DNA of 63,999 nt, filler included, from Diploschistes diacapsis (lineage: Eukaryota): NCBI GenBank assembly GCA_023645945.1. It is 12 parts of 12 records of this genome, joined end to end, with 100 filler letters (N's around TTAATTAATTAA, not from the genome) between each part and the next. Parts side by side here need not be neighbours in the genome. Positions count along the whole stretch, not along the records: positions 61,160 to 63,999 come from JALAIB010002071.1; 11 more parts are not named here. One strand, 5' to 3'. Shown here piece by piece: positions 61,872 through 63,999 of the stretch (its first letter is position 1; each line of letters starts with the position of its first letter). Under the pieces are notes generated by a model that saw nothing but the letters and a program-made list of their open reading frames with translations, had not been told where the DNA came from and made no database searches. Both the position numbers and the translations under genes were made by a program.

Positions 61872-62839
61872 TCAGTCACTCCTCAGCATGCTCTCGACTA
61901 GGTCTCCAAGGGGACCCCAAAAGTCTTTACCACTAGCTAGGGCATGCTCATCGACGAATAAAACGTAGTGCTTGAAGCTTGTGTTCAAATGTGGTTCGAG
62001 TCCAAGCTGAGCGATTATGTGGTAGTGATGGCAATACACGTGTGCATAAACTCGATATAGCCTCTTAAATAGTTGCCGAATCAAAGCCGGAAATGGTCGA
62101 GGAAAGGCGATGCCTGTTGCCTGTAAGCCGATTACTGTAGCCTCAAAGTTTAAAGGCAGAACTCACCAATGCGGCTGGGAAACATCTGCTCATTATCGAT
62201 GTTACTCTGCACCCACGTCATGAGATGCTCTACGTATTCTGGAGCCGGCATCTTTGTGGGTCGCTTAAAGTTCTCGTTATCTTGCCAAAGATACTCGAAT
62301 CTAGCAACCATTAGCGTGTTCACAAGATGCACTGATACGAACGTACTCATCCGTAGCCTTCATCTCCGGGCATGACAGAGGGGAACAAAATTCTGTGATT
62401 GAGCCATAGAGTAGGTTGATCTGATTGTAGAAGTCCACAACTTGCGATTGTTAGCCATACTGCGAACCTAATTCTATCATAATTACCGTTCACAGCTAGC
62501 CACTCATTAACGTCTTCGCCATCTGGCAATTTAACTGCTTTCCGTAGGCTACCATTTCCAAGAGTCGCTTCGGCAAATTGGCGTAGTTGATAGCTGCTAG
62601 TACCTTTGCCAGCAGTTCGAGGCTTGAACTGGCCTTTGGTCTTCGCATTGCTAGAATCAATCACTGATAAGTATGCGTAAAGCGAGCAAAAAAATACTTG
62701 GATTCTTATGGGCACGTATATAAGAGAGAAAACATGAAAGGATCGTCATGGACAAGGATGCAGGGTCTTGGAGGATCCGACGAATGATCGTAGAGTATGA
62801 ATGAAAAGGGTCTAACATGGTGGTAATGAAGGAAGCCAT
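61872..62839 (-). CDS. mob1: MOB kinase activator Mob1 (septation initiation network)
   Basis: MASFITT|...[47 protein letters not shown]...[16 protein letters not shown]...[14 protein letters not shown]...[13 protein letters not shown] introns. Confidence 0.95.
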
Positions 62840-62899
62840 CTTTGATGAGTGTTTTTGTCTGACGGCTGATCGAAGAGAAAGTTTCACTATAGCATGGGT

Positions 62900-63999
62900 G
62901 TAAATTAACGATCAAGTCGAGTCGCGATTCGCTGAGTTAGATTTTATAATTATCTAGAAGGCCACGACTAAATCAGTCATTAACGTTCATGTTTTATAGC
63001 ATATGTTATAAACCGGTTGTTAATACTTTTCGCTTTATATGGAATCCGCCGGTTGTTAGGGAGACGAGAGAATGAAGAAAGGCTTTTAAAAAATAAATTA
63101 CCTATTGAGGTCGAATCTTAGATATTAACGTGTTTTACCACATAACGGAACACATTACTAAGCGAAACATTACATTATAATGTAATTGCGCTAGATAGGT
63201 TTAAGCGAGCTTAGGAGCCTCACAACCACACATAAAATTATTTGTACGGAATTAAAATTGTTTTTGATTATATTATTTTATTTTTATCCCTGCGCGGCCG
63301 TTTTTCGGTCTTTTTTTGATTCGTTCGAACATTTTTTAATAATATAAGTCTATCCCGTTAATACGTACGAAATTAATATATTTATAGGGCGATAATATCT
63401 TAAGTTCTTTTCCGACGGCGGCGGTGGTGTGATAAAAGGAAAAGGAAAAGGAAGAATGGGTCCGTACGACTGGCTCGTCGTCGGAAAATAATAATTAGCG
63501 AGTTTCGTTTATAACGTAACGTAACGAGCGGTTTTTATTTTATTCGATATTAATATTGCTTTAGTACGAAGACGTATTATAATTAAATAGATTAGATCGT
63601 ATCGGTTTTCGTACGTGAACGCGGTCTTTATTCAGTCTCGCGGTTATACGCGTCGCGTACGATGCACGGAATATCATTAACGTGATTTTACGCTTTTCCC
63701 GGAATGCCGTCGCTTGATTAAATATTTTAATAAATTTTATATTAATTATAAATTACGGCATTATTTTATAAGATATCGGTAATTAAACGTAGATAAGAAT
63801 TAAAACAATATAAACGATAATGCGTCCGACTCGTCCTCGAACGATAAATTAATTACAACAGTTTTGAAAATGGAAAAGCCGGAAGAGCCGAAAATAATGA
63901 ATAAAATCGGCATCACCAATGGAATTTAATACGACAGACGATCCGATCATTTTTTAAATACGTACGAAGCTTTTTTTCCTGTCTTTATATATTGTACGA
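62900..63999. mobile_element. Heavily RIP-mutated transposon relic, family unassigned
   Basis: AT-rich with TpA excess, remaining C mostly in CpG, no ORFs. Confidence 0.5.

Noticed and set aside
1..63999. tRNA, rRNA or other structured RNA genes
   Set aside because: None recognisable by eye; tRNAscan-SE or Infernal would be needed to exclude them.

Overview
Filamentous ascomycete (Pezizomycotina) genomic DNA, judged from GT-AG introns with CTRAC/CTAAT branch points, RIP-mutated transposons and gene content. The window is not one locus. It is one >26 kb contig (1-26021) followed by eleven contigs of about 3.4 kb (the last cut by the window edge), ordered by decreasing size and joined by artificial 100-nt N44-TTAATTAATTAA-N44 spacers, so adjacency across spacers means nothing. 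The long contig carries a small secreted protein, two MITE-like elements, a divergent Fet3/FetC ferroxidase + Ftr1/FtrA permease pair with four SreA-type GATA boxes, an ankyrin-BTB protein, an F-box-like protein, a DUF2293 protein, a Tfc7-like histidine phosphatase, a secreted-type GH1 and a large DH/PH-like protein. The short contigs carry an SDR, an ExgD-like GH5, a protein with a C-terminal Cys/His domain, a DUF3328(UstYa)+GNAT divergent pair, a dihydroxyacetone synthase-like transketolase, Mob1, and RIP-degraded Ty3, Ty1, LINE, Tc1 and pogo relics. Most notable: (1) a 50-nt U2-type AT-AC intron that must be removed to produce the essential HCHxxxH copper motif of Fet3; (2) a gene fusing an NLR-type N-terminal helical domain, a catalytically dead LMW-PTP fold and a KH domain, interrupted by a single-base frameshift; (3) the DUF3328/GNAT pair with no visible precursor peptide; (4) a TRIM-like mini-retrotransposon. 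All family calls come from motifs recognised by eye; no database searches were run.
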